In this document: positions 52,801 to 64,000 of the stretch, one piece after another
How positions within the stretch are numbered: position 1 is the stretch's first letter
Layout of the letters: each line of letters starts with the position of its first letter
From: Eledone cirrhosa
Taxonomy: Eukaryota
Length of the DNA stretch: 64,000 nt
NCBI GenBank assembly: GCA_964016885.1
Contig: OZ024752.1
Coordinates: 20,584,001-20,648,000 of the forward strand
Direction of reading: 5' to 3'
Program-made: the position numbers and the translations under genes
The notes under the pieces: generated by a model
What the model was told of the DNA's origin: nothing
What the model saw: only the letters and a program-made list of their open reading frames with translations
Database searches by the model: none

Positions 52801-55800
52801 ACCTAGGTGACATGTATGTCATGTCTGTGACCTAGGTGACATGTATGTCATGTCTGTGACCTAGGTGACATGTATGTCATATCTGTGACCTAGGTGACAT
52901 GTATGTCATGTCTGACCTAGGTGACATGTTTGTCATATCTGTGACCTAGGTGACATTTATGTCATGTCTGTGACCTAGGACATGTATGTCATGTCTGACC
53001 TAGGTGACATGTATGTCATGTCTGTGACCTAGGGGACATGTATGTCATTTCTGTGACCTAGGTGACATGTATGTCATGTCTGTGACCTAGGTGACATGTA
53101 TGTCATGTCTGTGACCTAGGTGACATGTATGTCATATCTGTGACCTAGGTGACATGTATGTCATGTCTGACCTAGGTGACATGTTTGTCATATCTGTGAC
53201 CTAGGTGACATTTATGTCATGTCTGTGACCTAGGTGACATGTATGTCATGTCTGTGACCTAGGGGACATGTATGTCATGTCTGAGACCTAGGTGACATGT
53301 ATGTCATGTCTCTGACCTAGGTGACATGTATGTCATGTCTCTGACCTAGGTGACATGTATGACATGTCTGTGACCTAGGTGACATGTATTTGTCATGTCT
53401 GTGACCTAGGACATGTATGTCATGTCTGACCTAGGTGACATGTATGTCATGTCTGTGACCTAGGGGACATGTATGTCATGTCTGTGACCTAGGTAACATG
53501 TATGTCATGTCTGTGACCTAGGTGACATGTATGTCATGTCTGTGACCTAGGTGACATGTATGTCATATCTGTGACCTAGGTGACATGTATGTCATGTCTG
53601 ACCTAGGTGACATGTTTGTCATATCTGTGACCTAGGTGACATTTATGTCATGTCTGTGACCTAGGACATGTATGTCATGTCTGACCTAGGTGACATGTAT
53701 GTCATGTCTGTGACCTAGGGGACATGTATGTCATGTCTGTGACCTAGGTGACATGTATGTCATATCTGTGACCTAGGTGACATTTATGTCATGTCTGACC
53801 TAGGTGACATGTATGTCATGTCTGTGACCTAGGTGACATGTATCTCATGTCTGTGACATAGGTGACATGTATTTGTCATGTCTGTGACCTAGGGGACATG
53901 TATTTGTCATGTCTGTGACGTAGGTGACATGTATGTCATGTCTGTGACCTAGGTGACATGTTTGTCATGTCTGTGACCTAGGTGACATGTATGTCATATC
54001 TGTGACCTAGGTGACATTTATGTCATGTCTGACCTAGGTGACATGTATGTCATGTCTGTGACCTAGGTGACATGTATCTCATGTCTGTGACATAGGTGAC
54101 ATGTATTTGTCATGTCTGTGACCTAGGGGACATGTATTTGTCATGTCTGACCTAGGTGACATGTATGTCATGTCTGTGACCTAGGTGACATGTTTGTCAT
54201 ATCTGTGACCTAGGTGACATTTATGTCATGTCTGTGACCTAGGTGACGTATGTCATGTCTGTGATCTAGGTGACATGTATCTCATGTCTGTGACATAGGT
54301 GACATGTATGTCATGTCTGTGACCTAGGTGACATGTATGTCATGTCTGACCTAGGTGACATGTTTGTCATATCTGTGACCTAGGTGACATTTATGTCATG
54401 TCTGTGACCTAGGTGACATGTATGTCATGTCTGTGACCTAGGGGACATGTATGTCATGTCTGTGACCTAGGTGACATGTATGTCATGTCTGTGACCTAGG
54501 TGACATGTATGTCATGTCTGTGACCTAGGTGACATGTATGTCATATCTGTGACCTAGGTGACATGTATGTCATGTCTGACCTAGGTGACATGTTTGTCAT
54601 ATCTGTGACCTAGGTGACATTTATGTCATGTCTGTGACCTAGGTGACATGTATGTCATGTCTGTGACCTAGGTGACATGTATGTCATGTCTGTGACCTAG
54701 GGGACATGTATGTCATGTCTGAGACCTAGGTGACATGTATGTCATGTCTCTGACCTAGGTGACATGTATGTCATGTCTCTGACCTAGGTGACATGTATGA
54801 CATGTCTGTGACCTAGGTGACATGTATTTGTCATGTCTGTGACCTAGGACATGTATGTCATGTCTGACCTAGGTGACATGTATGTCATGTCTGTGACCTA
54901 GGTGACATTTATGTCATGTCTGACCTAGGTGACATGTATGTCATGTCTGTGACCTAGGTGACATGTATCTCATGTCTGTGACATAGGTGACATGTATTTG
55001 TCATGTCTGTGACCTAGGGGACATGTATTTGTCATGTCTGACCTAGGTGACATGTATGTCATGTCTGACCTAGGTGACATGTTTGTCATATCTGTGACCT
55101 AGGTGACATTTATGTCATGTCTGTGACCTAGGTGACATGTATGTCATGTCTGTGACCTAGGTGACATGTATGCCATGTCTGTGACCTAGGGGACATGTAT
55201 GTCATGTCTGAGACCTAGGTGACATGTATGTCATGTCTCTGACCTAGGTGACATGTATGTCATGTCTCTGACCTAGGTGACATGTATGACATGTCTGTGA
55301 CCTAGGTGACATGTATTTGTCATGTCTGTGACCTAGGACATGTATGTCATGTCTGACCTAGGTGACATGTATGTCATGTCTGTGACCTAGGGGACATGTA
55401 TGTCATGTCTGTGACCTAGGTGACATGTATGTCATGTCTGTGACCTAGGTGACATGTATGTCATGTCTGTGACCTAGGTGACATGTATGTCATATCTGTG
55501 ACCTAGGTGACATGTATGTCATGTCTGACCTAGGTGACATGTTTGTCATATCTGTGACCTAGGTGACATTTATGTCATGTCTGTGACCTAGGACATGTAT
55601 GTCATGTCTGACCTAGGTGACATGTATGTCATGTCTGTGACCTAGGGGACATGTATGTCATTTCTGTGACCTAGGTGACATGTATGTCATGTCTGTGACC
55701 TAGGTGACATGTATGTCATGTCTGTGACCTAGGTGACATGTATGTCATATCTGTGACCTAGGTGACATGTATGTCATGTCTGACCTAGGTGACATGTTTG

Positions 55801-58800
55801 TCATATCTGTGACCTAGGTGACATTTATGTCATGTCTGTGACCTAGGTGACATGTATGTCATGTCTGTGACCTAGGGGACATGTATGTCATGTCTGAGAC
55901 CTAGGTGACATGTATGTCATGTCTCTGACCTAGGTGACATGTATGTCATGTCTCTGACCTAGGTGACATGTATGACATGTCTGTGACCTAGGTGACATGT
56001 ATTTGTCATGTCTGTGACCTAGGACATGTATGTCATGTCTGACCTAGGTGACATGTATGTCATGTCTGTGACCTAGGGGACATGTATGTCATGTCTGTGA
56101 CCTAGGTAACATGTATGTCATGTCTGTGACCTAGGTGACATGTATGTCATGTCTGTGACCTAGGTGACATGTATGTCATATCTGTGACCTAGGTGACATG
56201 TATGTCATGTCTGACCTAGGTGACATGTTTGTCATATCTGTGACCTAGGTGACATTTATGTCATGTCTGTGACCTAGGACATGTATGTCATGTCTGACCT
56301 AGGTGACATGTATGTCATGTCTGTGACCTAGGGGACATGTATGTCATGTCTGTGACCTAGGTGACATGTATGTCATATCTGTGACCTAGGTGACATTTAT
56401 GTCATGTCTGACCTAGGTGACATGTATGTCATGTCTGTGACCTAGGTGACATGTATCTCATGTCTGTGACATAGGTGACATGTATTTGTCATGTCTGTGA
56501 CCTAGGGGACATGTATTTGTCATGTCTGTGACGTAGGTGACATGTATGTCATGTCTGTGACCTAGGTGACATGTTTGTCATGTCTGTGACCTAGGTGACA
56601 TGTATGTCATATCTGTGACCTAGGTGACATTTATGTCATGTCTGACCTAGGTGACATGTATGTCATGTCTGTGACCTAGGTGACATGTATCTCATGTCTG
56701 TGACATAGGTGACATGTATTTGTCATGTCTGTGACCTAGGGGACATGTATTTGTCATGTCTGACCTAGGTGACATGTATGTCATGTCTGTGACCTAGGTG
56801 ACATGTTTGTCATATCTGTGACCTAGGTGACATTTATGTCATGTCTGTGACCTAGGTGACGTATGTCATGTCTGTGATCTAGGTGACATGTATCTCATGT
56901 CTGTGACATAGGTGACATGTATGTCATGTCTGTGACCTAGGTGACATGTATGTCATGTCTGACCTAGGTGACATGTTTGTCATATCTGTGACCTAGGTGA
57001 CATTTATGTCATGTCTGTGACCTAGGTGACATGTATGTCATGTCTGTGACCTAGGGGACATGTATGTCATGTCTGTGACCTAGGTGACATGTATGTCATG
57101 TCTGTGACCTAGGTGACATGTATGTCATGTCTGTGACCTAGGTGACATGTATGTCATATCTGTGACCTAGGTGACATGTATGTCATGTCTGACCTAGGTG
57201 ACATGTTTGTCATATCTGTGACCTAGGTGACATTTATGTCATGTCTGTGACCTAGGTGACATGTATGTCATGTCTGTGACCTAGGTGACATGTATGTCAT
57301 GTCTGTGACCTAGGGGACATGTATGTCATGTCTGAGACCTAGGTGACATGTATGTCATGTCTCTGACCTAGGTGACATGTATGTCATGTCTCTGACCTAG
57401 GTGACATGTATGACATGTCTGTGACCTAGGTGACATGTATTTGTCATGTCTGTGACCTAGGACATGTATGTCATGTCTGACCTAGGTGACATGTATGTCA
57501 TGTCTGTGACCTAGGTGACATTTATGTCATGTCTGACCTAGGTGACATGTATGTCATGTCTGTGACCTAGGTGACATGTATCTCATGTCTGTGACATAGG
57601 TGACATGTATTTGTCATGTCTGTGACCTAGGGGACATGTATTTGTCATGTCTGACCTAGGTGACATGTATGTCATGTCTGACCTAGGTGACATGTTTGTC
57701 ATATCTGTGACCTAGGTGACATTTATGTCATGTCTGTGACCTAGGTGACATGTATGTCATGTCTGTGACCTAGGTGACATGTATGCCATGTCTGTGACCT
57801 AGGGGACATGTATGTCATGTCTGAGACCTAGGTGACATGTATGTCATGTCTCTGACCTAGGTGACATGTATGTCATGTCTCTGACCTAGGTGACATGTAT
57901 GACATGTCTGTGACCTAGGTGACATGTATTTGTCATGTCTGTGACCTAGGACATGTATGTCATGTCTGACCTAGGTGACATGTATGTCATGTCTGTGACC
58001 TAGGGGACATGTATGTCATGTCTGTGACCTAGGTGACATGTATGTCATGTCTGTGACCTAGGTGACATGTATGTCATGTCTGTGACCTAGGTGACATGTA
58101 TGTCATATCTGTGACCTAGGTGACATGTATGTCATGTCTGACCTAGGTGACATGTTTGTCATATCTGTGACCTAGGTGACATTTATGTCATGTCTGTGAC
58201 CTAGGACATGTATGTCATGTCTGACCTAGGTGACATGTATGTCATGTCTGTGACCTAGGGGACATGTATGTCATTTCTGTGACCTAGGTGACATGTATGT
58301 CATGTCTGTGACCTAGGTGACATGTATGTCATGTCTGTGACCTAGGTGACATGTATGTCATATCTGTGACCTAGGTGACATGTATGTCATGTCTGACCTA
58401 GGTGACATGTTTGTCATATCTGTGACCTAGGTGACATTTATGTCATGTCTGTGACCTAGGTGACATGTATGTCATGTCTGTGACCTAGGGGACATGTATG
58501 TCATGTCTGAGACCTAGGTGACATGTATGTCATGTCTCTGACCTAGGTGACATGTATGTCATGTCTCTGACCTAGGTGACATGTATGACATGTCTGTGAC
58601 CTAGGTGACATGTATTTGTCATGTCTGTGACCTAGGACATGTATGTCATGTCTGACCTAGGTGACATGTATGTCATGTCTGTGACCTAGGGGACATGTAT
58701 GTCATGTCTGTGACCTAGGTAACATGTATGTCATGTCTGTGACCTAGGTGACATGTATGTCATGTCTGTGACCTAGGTGACATGTATGTCATATCTGTGA

Positions 58801-60847
58801 CCTAGGTGACATGTATGTCATGTCTGACCTAGGTGACATGTTTGTCATATCTGTGACCTAGGTGACATTTATGTCATGTCTGTGACCTAGGACATGTATG
58901 TCATGTCTGACCTAGGTGACATGTATGTCATGTCTGTGACCTAGGGGACATGTATGTCATGTCTGTGACCTAGGTGACATGTATGTCATATCTGTGACCT
59001 AGGTGACATTTATGTCATGTCTGACCTAGGTGACATGTATGTCATGTCTGTGACCTAGGTGACATGTATCTCATGTCTGTGACATAGGTGACATGTATTT
59101 GTCATGTCTGTGACCTAGGGGACATGTATTTGTCATGTCTGTGACGTAGGTGACATGTATGTCATGTCTGTGACCTAGGTGACATGTTTGTCATGTCTGT
59201 GACCTAGGTGACATGTATGTCATATCTGTGACCTAGGTGACATTTATGTCATGTCTGACCTAGGTGACATGTATGTCATGTCTGTGACCTAGGTGACATG
59301 TATCTCATGTCTGTGACATAGGTGACATGTATTTGTCATGTCTGTGACCTAGGGGACATGTATTTGTCATGTCTGACCTAGGTGACATGTATGTCATGTC
59401 TGTGACCTAGGTGACATGTTTGTCATATCTGTGACCTAGGTGACATTTATGTCATGTCTGTGACCTAGGTGACGTATGTCATGTCTGTGATCTAGGTGAC
59501 ATGTATCTCATGTCTGTGACATAGGTGACATGTATGTCATGTCTGTGACCTAGGTGACATGTATGTCATGTCTGACCTAGGTGACATGTTTGTCATATCT
59601 GTGACCTAGGTGACATTTATGTCATGTCTGTGACCTAGGTGACATGTATGTCATGTCTGTGACCTAGGGGACATGTATGTCATGTCTGTGACCTAGGTGA
59701 CATGTATGTCATGTCTGTGACCTAGGTGACATGTATGTCATGTCTGTGACCTAGGTGACATGTATGTCATATCTGTGACCTAGGTGACATGTATGTCATG
59801 TCTGACCTAGGTGACATGTTTGTCATATCTGTGACCTAGGTGACATTTATGTCATGTCTGTGACCTAGGTGACATGTATGTCATGTCTGTGACCTAGGTG
59901 ACATGTATGTCATGTCTGTGACCTAGGGGACATGTATGTCATGTCTGAGACCTAGGTGACATGTATGTCATGTCTCTGACCTAGGTGACATGTATGTCAT
60001 GTCTCTGACCTAGGTGACATGTATGACATGTCTGTGACCTAGGTGACATGTATTTGTCATGTCTGTGACCTAGGACATGTATGTCATGTCTGACCTAGGT
60101 GACATGTATGTCATGTCTGTGACCTAGGGGACATGTATGTCATGTCTGTGACCTAGGTGACATGTATGTCATGTCTGTGACCTAGGTGACATGTATGTCA
60201 TGTCTGTGACCTAGGTGACATGTATGTCATATCTGTGACCTAGGTGACATGTATGTCATGTCTGACCTAGGTGACATGTTTGTCATATCTGTGACCTAGG
60301 TGACATTTATGTCATGTCTGTGACCTAGGACATGTATGTCATGTCTGACCTAGGTGACATGTATGTCATGTCTGTGACCTAGGGGACATGTATGTCATGG
60401 CTGTGACCTAGGTGACATGTATGTCATGTCTGTGACCTAGGTGACATGTATGTCATGTCTGTGACCTAGGTGACATGTATGTCATATCTGTGACCTAGGT
60501 GACATGTATGTCATGTCTGACCTAGGTGACATGTTTGTCATATCTGTGACCTAGGTGACATTTATGTCATGTCTGTGACCTAGGTGACATGTATGTCATA
60601 TCTGTGACCTAGGTGACATTTATGTCATGTCTGTGACCTAGGTGACGTATGTCATGTCTGTGATCTAGGTGACATGTATGTCATGTCTGTGACCTAGGTG
60701 ACATGTATGTCATGTCTGTGACCTAGGTGACATGTATTTGTCATGTCTGTGACCTAGGTGACATGTATTTGTCATGTCTGTGACGTAGGTGACATGTATG
60801 TCATGTCTGTGACCTAGGTGACATGTATGTCATGTCTGTGACATGTA
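49817..60847. repeat. About 11-kb intronic satellite, 29-bp unit TGACCTAGGTGACATGTATGTCATGTCTG (about 380 units)
   Basis: Period 29 (50161/50190), with 27- and 31-bp variants. Palindromic cores ACCTAGGT and TGACAT-gt-ATGTCA. Lies within intron 48772-60951. Confidence 0.98.
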
Positions 60848-60951
60848 ACACACCAATCACTATTATTTGTCATGAATGTAAACAGACACATCATCACAAT
60901 GTTTTTAGCTCAATGTATTTTATAAGAAGATCTTCTGCTCTTTTATTACAG

Positions 60952-61109
60952 ACCCTCCATCCTATACAGACTGCCTCTTGCAAGATTTGGCTGCAGTACG
61001 TGCTAAAGCAGCTTCACATAGCACACAAAATGAGAAAGTCGATTTTTCTTCTCTATCTGAAGAAAAGCCACCAATGTATGATAAACCCAGTTTCCCTCCT
61101 TACAACTAA
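60952..61109 (+). CDS. Alpha-arrestin terminal coding exon D with PPxY motifs
   Basis: Acceptor tcttctgctcttttattacag|AC joins phase 1 to give DPPSYTDCLLQDLAAVRAKAASHSTQNEKVDFSSLSEEKPPMYDKPSFPPYN*, TAA at 61107-61109. PPSY and PPMY are WW/NEDD4-binding motifs typical of alpha-arrestins. Not in the supplied ORF track. Confidence 0.88.
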
Positions 61110-61579
61110 CACTGAATATGTCAGCCATCCAGACCTTGTTACTACTATTAATACAATGACTAACAATCCGTCAACCGATGCTGATCATGTTTTTGTTAAT
61201 ACAGGTTAATAATAACTACATTAAATTCACTCAATCCTTCCATATTTCTGATCTGAGAGATCAAGGGTGAGTTATCAACAACAATAGCCACTGCCTTTCT
61301 GGTTTGGATGTCACTATATCCTAACAAAAATTATTGAAGCCCACCAGATACTGGTTCAGACCTGTTCAGACTATTATAGTTTTATATCTTCTGCCACTAA
61401 ACTGTATTACACTGAAGAGATGACACTTTACACTGTAATAGTAACAGTCATGTTTTGAATAATGACAATTATGATTCTGCTTCAGTGTCTTCATGAGATT
61501 CCCTTAAATTCCAAAGAATATCTGTCCAATACTTCTTTATTTCAAGCATGCCACTTATTTTTACCATTTTTTACCAAGG

Positions 61580-61810
61580 ACACAAATTAGCCAAATCATT
61601 ACAATGCTGGATTAAATCATTTGGTATATGTTTCTTTGGCTCACTGTGTTCTATGTTTGAGTCAACTTTGAATTTTATGCTTTTGGGGTTGATAAATAAA
61701 GTACCAGTCCAGGAGTGGTGGATTGGTGGAGTTGTTAAAGAGTTAGATGAGATACTTTGAGGCTTTGCCGTATCTGGCCCAACTCTGTATGTTCTGAGTC
61801 CAAATCCTGT
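61580..61810 (+). mobile_element. Two highly degenerate SINE remnants downstream of the stop codon
   Basis: gtcaactttg..ggggttgataaataaagtaccagt, then ggtggattgg..ttctgagtccaaatcc. Confidence 0.55.
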
Positions 61811-62320
61811 CTCCTTCTGTCAGGTGTTACAACCGACAGATAGTATCAGCAATGGAAATATTGTTTCCTTGGTCCAATCTGATCATCGATTCCTCTCTTT
61901 TTACCATTTAATGACACTACATATATCTATATATTCTGTCAGTATTTCCTCTCTATACCTTCACCTTGCATATTACGTCATCATATTGCTACAAGTTGGA
62001 CAGAGCCCCCACATAAACAGCTTGCCTATTGATGCTTATTTCGCTATATATAATGTTCAGTGTGTCAGTCAGTTAATGCTAACAAACAAGCTAAATACAA
62101 AGAGTAAGCAAAATATATATTTTATTCCCTTCTATATATATATATATAACAGAGTGTTATAGTTTGCTTGAAGCATTATGGAATAGGAAATACAAATTTA
62201 AATAAGTTTAAAAGCCCTACAATGTGTAGAAGATTAAAGGTGCCAAGGTAATAGGTGTTATAGAGGAAAGAATGAGGACGATAGAATTTTATCTTAGCAA
62301 ATTTAATTATATATATGTAT

Positions 62321-62560
62321 ATCATCATCATTTTATGTTTGCTTTTCCCTGCTTGCAAGGGTGGGATGGGTCCTATTCAGCACAGCATCTCTCCATTCGT
62401 CACGGTCCTTCATCATCTCCTCCATGGGCTTCAGCGATCTGAGGTCAGCTCTCACCACCTCCACCCATGATTTTCATGGTCTTCCTCTACTGCATCTTCC
62501 TTCCACTGGGATTTCTTGGCACTTCTTTACCTAGCGGTCATCCTCCATGCCCATACCATA
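62321..62560 (-). mobile_element. 5'-truncated RTE LINE 3' end with (ATG)n tail
   Basis: Minus translation MEDDR*VKKCQEIPVEGRCSRGRP*KSWVEVVRADL..KDRDEWRDAV. Confidence 0.85.
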
Positions 62561-62583
62561 TAAGAGGGTGTTATAGTTTGCTT

Positions 62584-62687
62584 GTATATTATTTGAAGGC
62601 TACAACAATGTAAAGTGGAAAGTTGGGCTCAATTTATTCCAAAATCTACCGTCCATTTGGCATTGTCATAGCCTTCAAATAACATAC
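62584..62687. mobile_element. 104-bp MITE-like element with about 27-bp TIRs and a 5-bp TGCTT direct repeat
   Basis: gtatattatttgaaggctacaacaatg ... cattgtcatagccttcaaataacatac. TGCTT at 62579-62583 and 62688-62692. Confidence 0.7.
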
Positions 62688-62714
62688 TGCTTTATATATA
62701 TGATATATATATAT

Positions 62715-64000
62715 AATCATCACCGTTTTATGTCTGTTCTTCCACGCTAGCATGGGTTAGACGGGTTGTCCTGTTGTGGGCAGTGTCCGGTCGGCTGACC
62801 TTGTCTTGCTCATACGGGAACTGATTTTGGCTTGATTTCTACAGCTGGATGCCCTTCCTAACACCTACCTCATTTACAGTGAGTGCTGGGTACCTTTTTT
62901 TCCGTGGCGCCTACACGTCCACTTTACAGTGTGGGCTGGGTGCTTTTTTGCCGCGGCACCTTCACGACCACTTTGCAGTGGGAGGGTGTGGGGGCATATT
63001 GTCTATATGCTTCAGCTTCGGCTTGTACCCGTGGGGGGTTGGGTCTTCTGTATTACTGTGTGACGCCAGAGGTCATGGTCGTGTGTCATCACCTTTGAGA
63101 GGTGTAATTGGGTAAGGTCGGCTTTTATCACCTCATCCCAGGTCTTCTTGGGTCTCCCCACTCCGCAGTTTCCATCGACTTCTAGTGCTCTGCACCTTTT
63201 TATGCAGCTGTCAACCTTCATCTGTATCACATGTCCATACCAACGCAACCACCTCTCCTGCATACAGCATTTGATTCCTCTTATGCTCAGTCTCTCTCTC
63301 AATTCATTTATGCTTTGCCGTCCATCGGAGCATGCAGGCTTCGTTTCTTTCTAATCTATGCAAGTCTTCCACAGACAGCGCCCAGATCTCACTACCATGT
63401 AACATTGCTGTTCGTATACACGCATCATACAGTCTGCCTTTCATTTTGAGGGAAAAGCCTTTTGCAGCTAGCAGTGGCAGTAGCTCCCTGAACTTCTTCC
63501 ATCCCGTTCTTACCCTAGTTATTGTACTTTCTGAACACCCACCTCCACTGCTAATTCGGTCACCTAGGTAGCAGAAGCTGTCTACTGTTTCTACAGGGCC
63601 CTCCCAGAGATTGGTGGTACTTGTTTCCTGTGGCTGTTTGCTGCTTGCTTTCCCAGCACAGCTGCTACATGTGAAGCCTACATTCTTAGATAAGCTTCCT
63701 GAGATCCTGCTACATCTCTTGTGTACCCATTGTTTGCATTTGGGGCAGAGAATGGAGTTCCTACCTACACCTTTCCTACATACTGAGCAAGGCCATTTCC
63801 CTGAGGGGATCTGGGTTCTGTTTTCTCGTTTACTTACAAGGACCTTAATCTTTGTCAGGTTGACTTTGAGACCCTTTCTTTCTAGTCCCTGCTTCCAAGT
63901 TTGGAATTTCTTCTCTAGTTCTACCATAGATTCAGCTATAAGTGTGAGGTCATCTGCATACAGGAGTTCCCATGAACATCCGGTCTTAAACTCCTCCGTT
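62715..64000 (-). mobile_element. RTE-clade LINE, 3' part (RT core to tail), frameshifted, with a PHD finger inside the RT region
   Basis: ELLYADDL (YADD at 63949-63960), GLKVNLTKIKV, C4HC3 finger, FCYLG, LHGSEIW, WLRWYGHV, GRPKKTW. Deletion/frameshift near 63322. 3' end aacccatgctagc..gatgat. Confidence 0.93.

Noticed and set aside
9398-60847. CRISPR-like arrays (26-29-bp repeats with palindromes)
   Set aside because: Units are head-to-tail with no unique spacers, there are no cas genes and the context is eukaryotic introns.
49817-60847. p53 response-element array (CATG/CTAG cores)
   Set aside because: Flanks mismatch RRRCWWGYYY and the cores are spaced 9 bp rather than 10 bp apart.
60823-61209. 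128-aa ORF overlapping the last exon
   Set aside because: Starts within the satellite and is in a different frame from the spliced PPxY-containing exon.
61695-61700. AATAAA as the gene's poly(A) signal
   Set aside because: It lies in a SINE body motif present in every copy and cannot be assigned without transcript data.
62849-63571. Plus-strand ORFs overlapping the RTE element
   Set aside because: Antisense shadows of the LINE ORF.

Overview
Animal genomic DNA; the SINE and RTE repertoire suggests an octopus-like mollusc (inference). The window holds the last four coding exons of a + strand alpha-arrestin (ARRDC/TXNIP family) gene: 4738-4920, 8999-9214, 48558-48771 and 60952-61109. They splice in frame and encode an arrestin C-domain plus a PPxY tail. 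About 80% of the window is three unrelated tandem arrays: a 38-bp GT-rich array (1-4020), a 26/23-bp ACTAGT array (about 9400-48460) and a 29-bp palindromic CCTAGG array (about 49820-60847), each with kb-scale higher-order duplications. The remainder is tRNA-derived SINEs, RTE and Ingi/Vingi-like LINE fragments and two foldback/MITE-like hairpins. The most unusual element is a young 1.87-kb non-coding LTR-type insertion (9917-11786, minus strand, 4-bp TSD). Its two repeats are identical over U3-R, but only the 3' copy has U5 and no PBS is visible. All coordinates and counts were read by eye; no searches were run.
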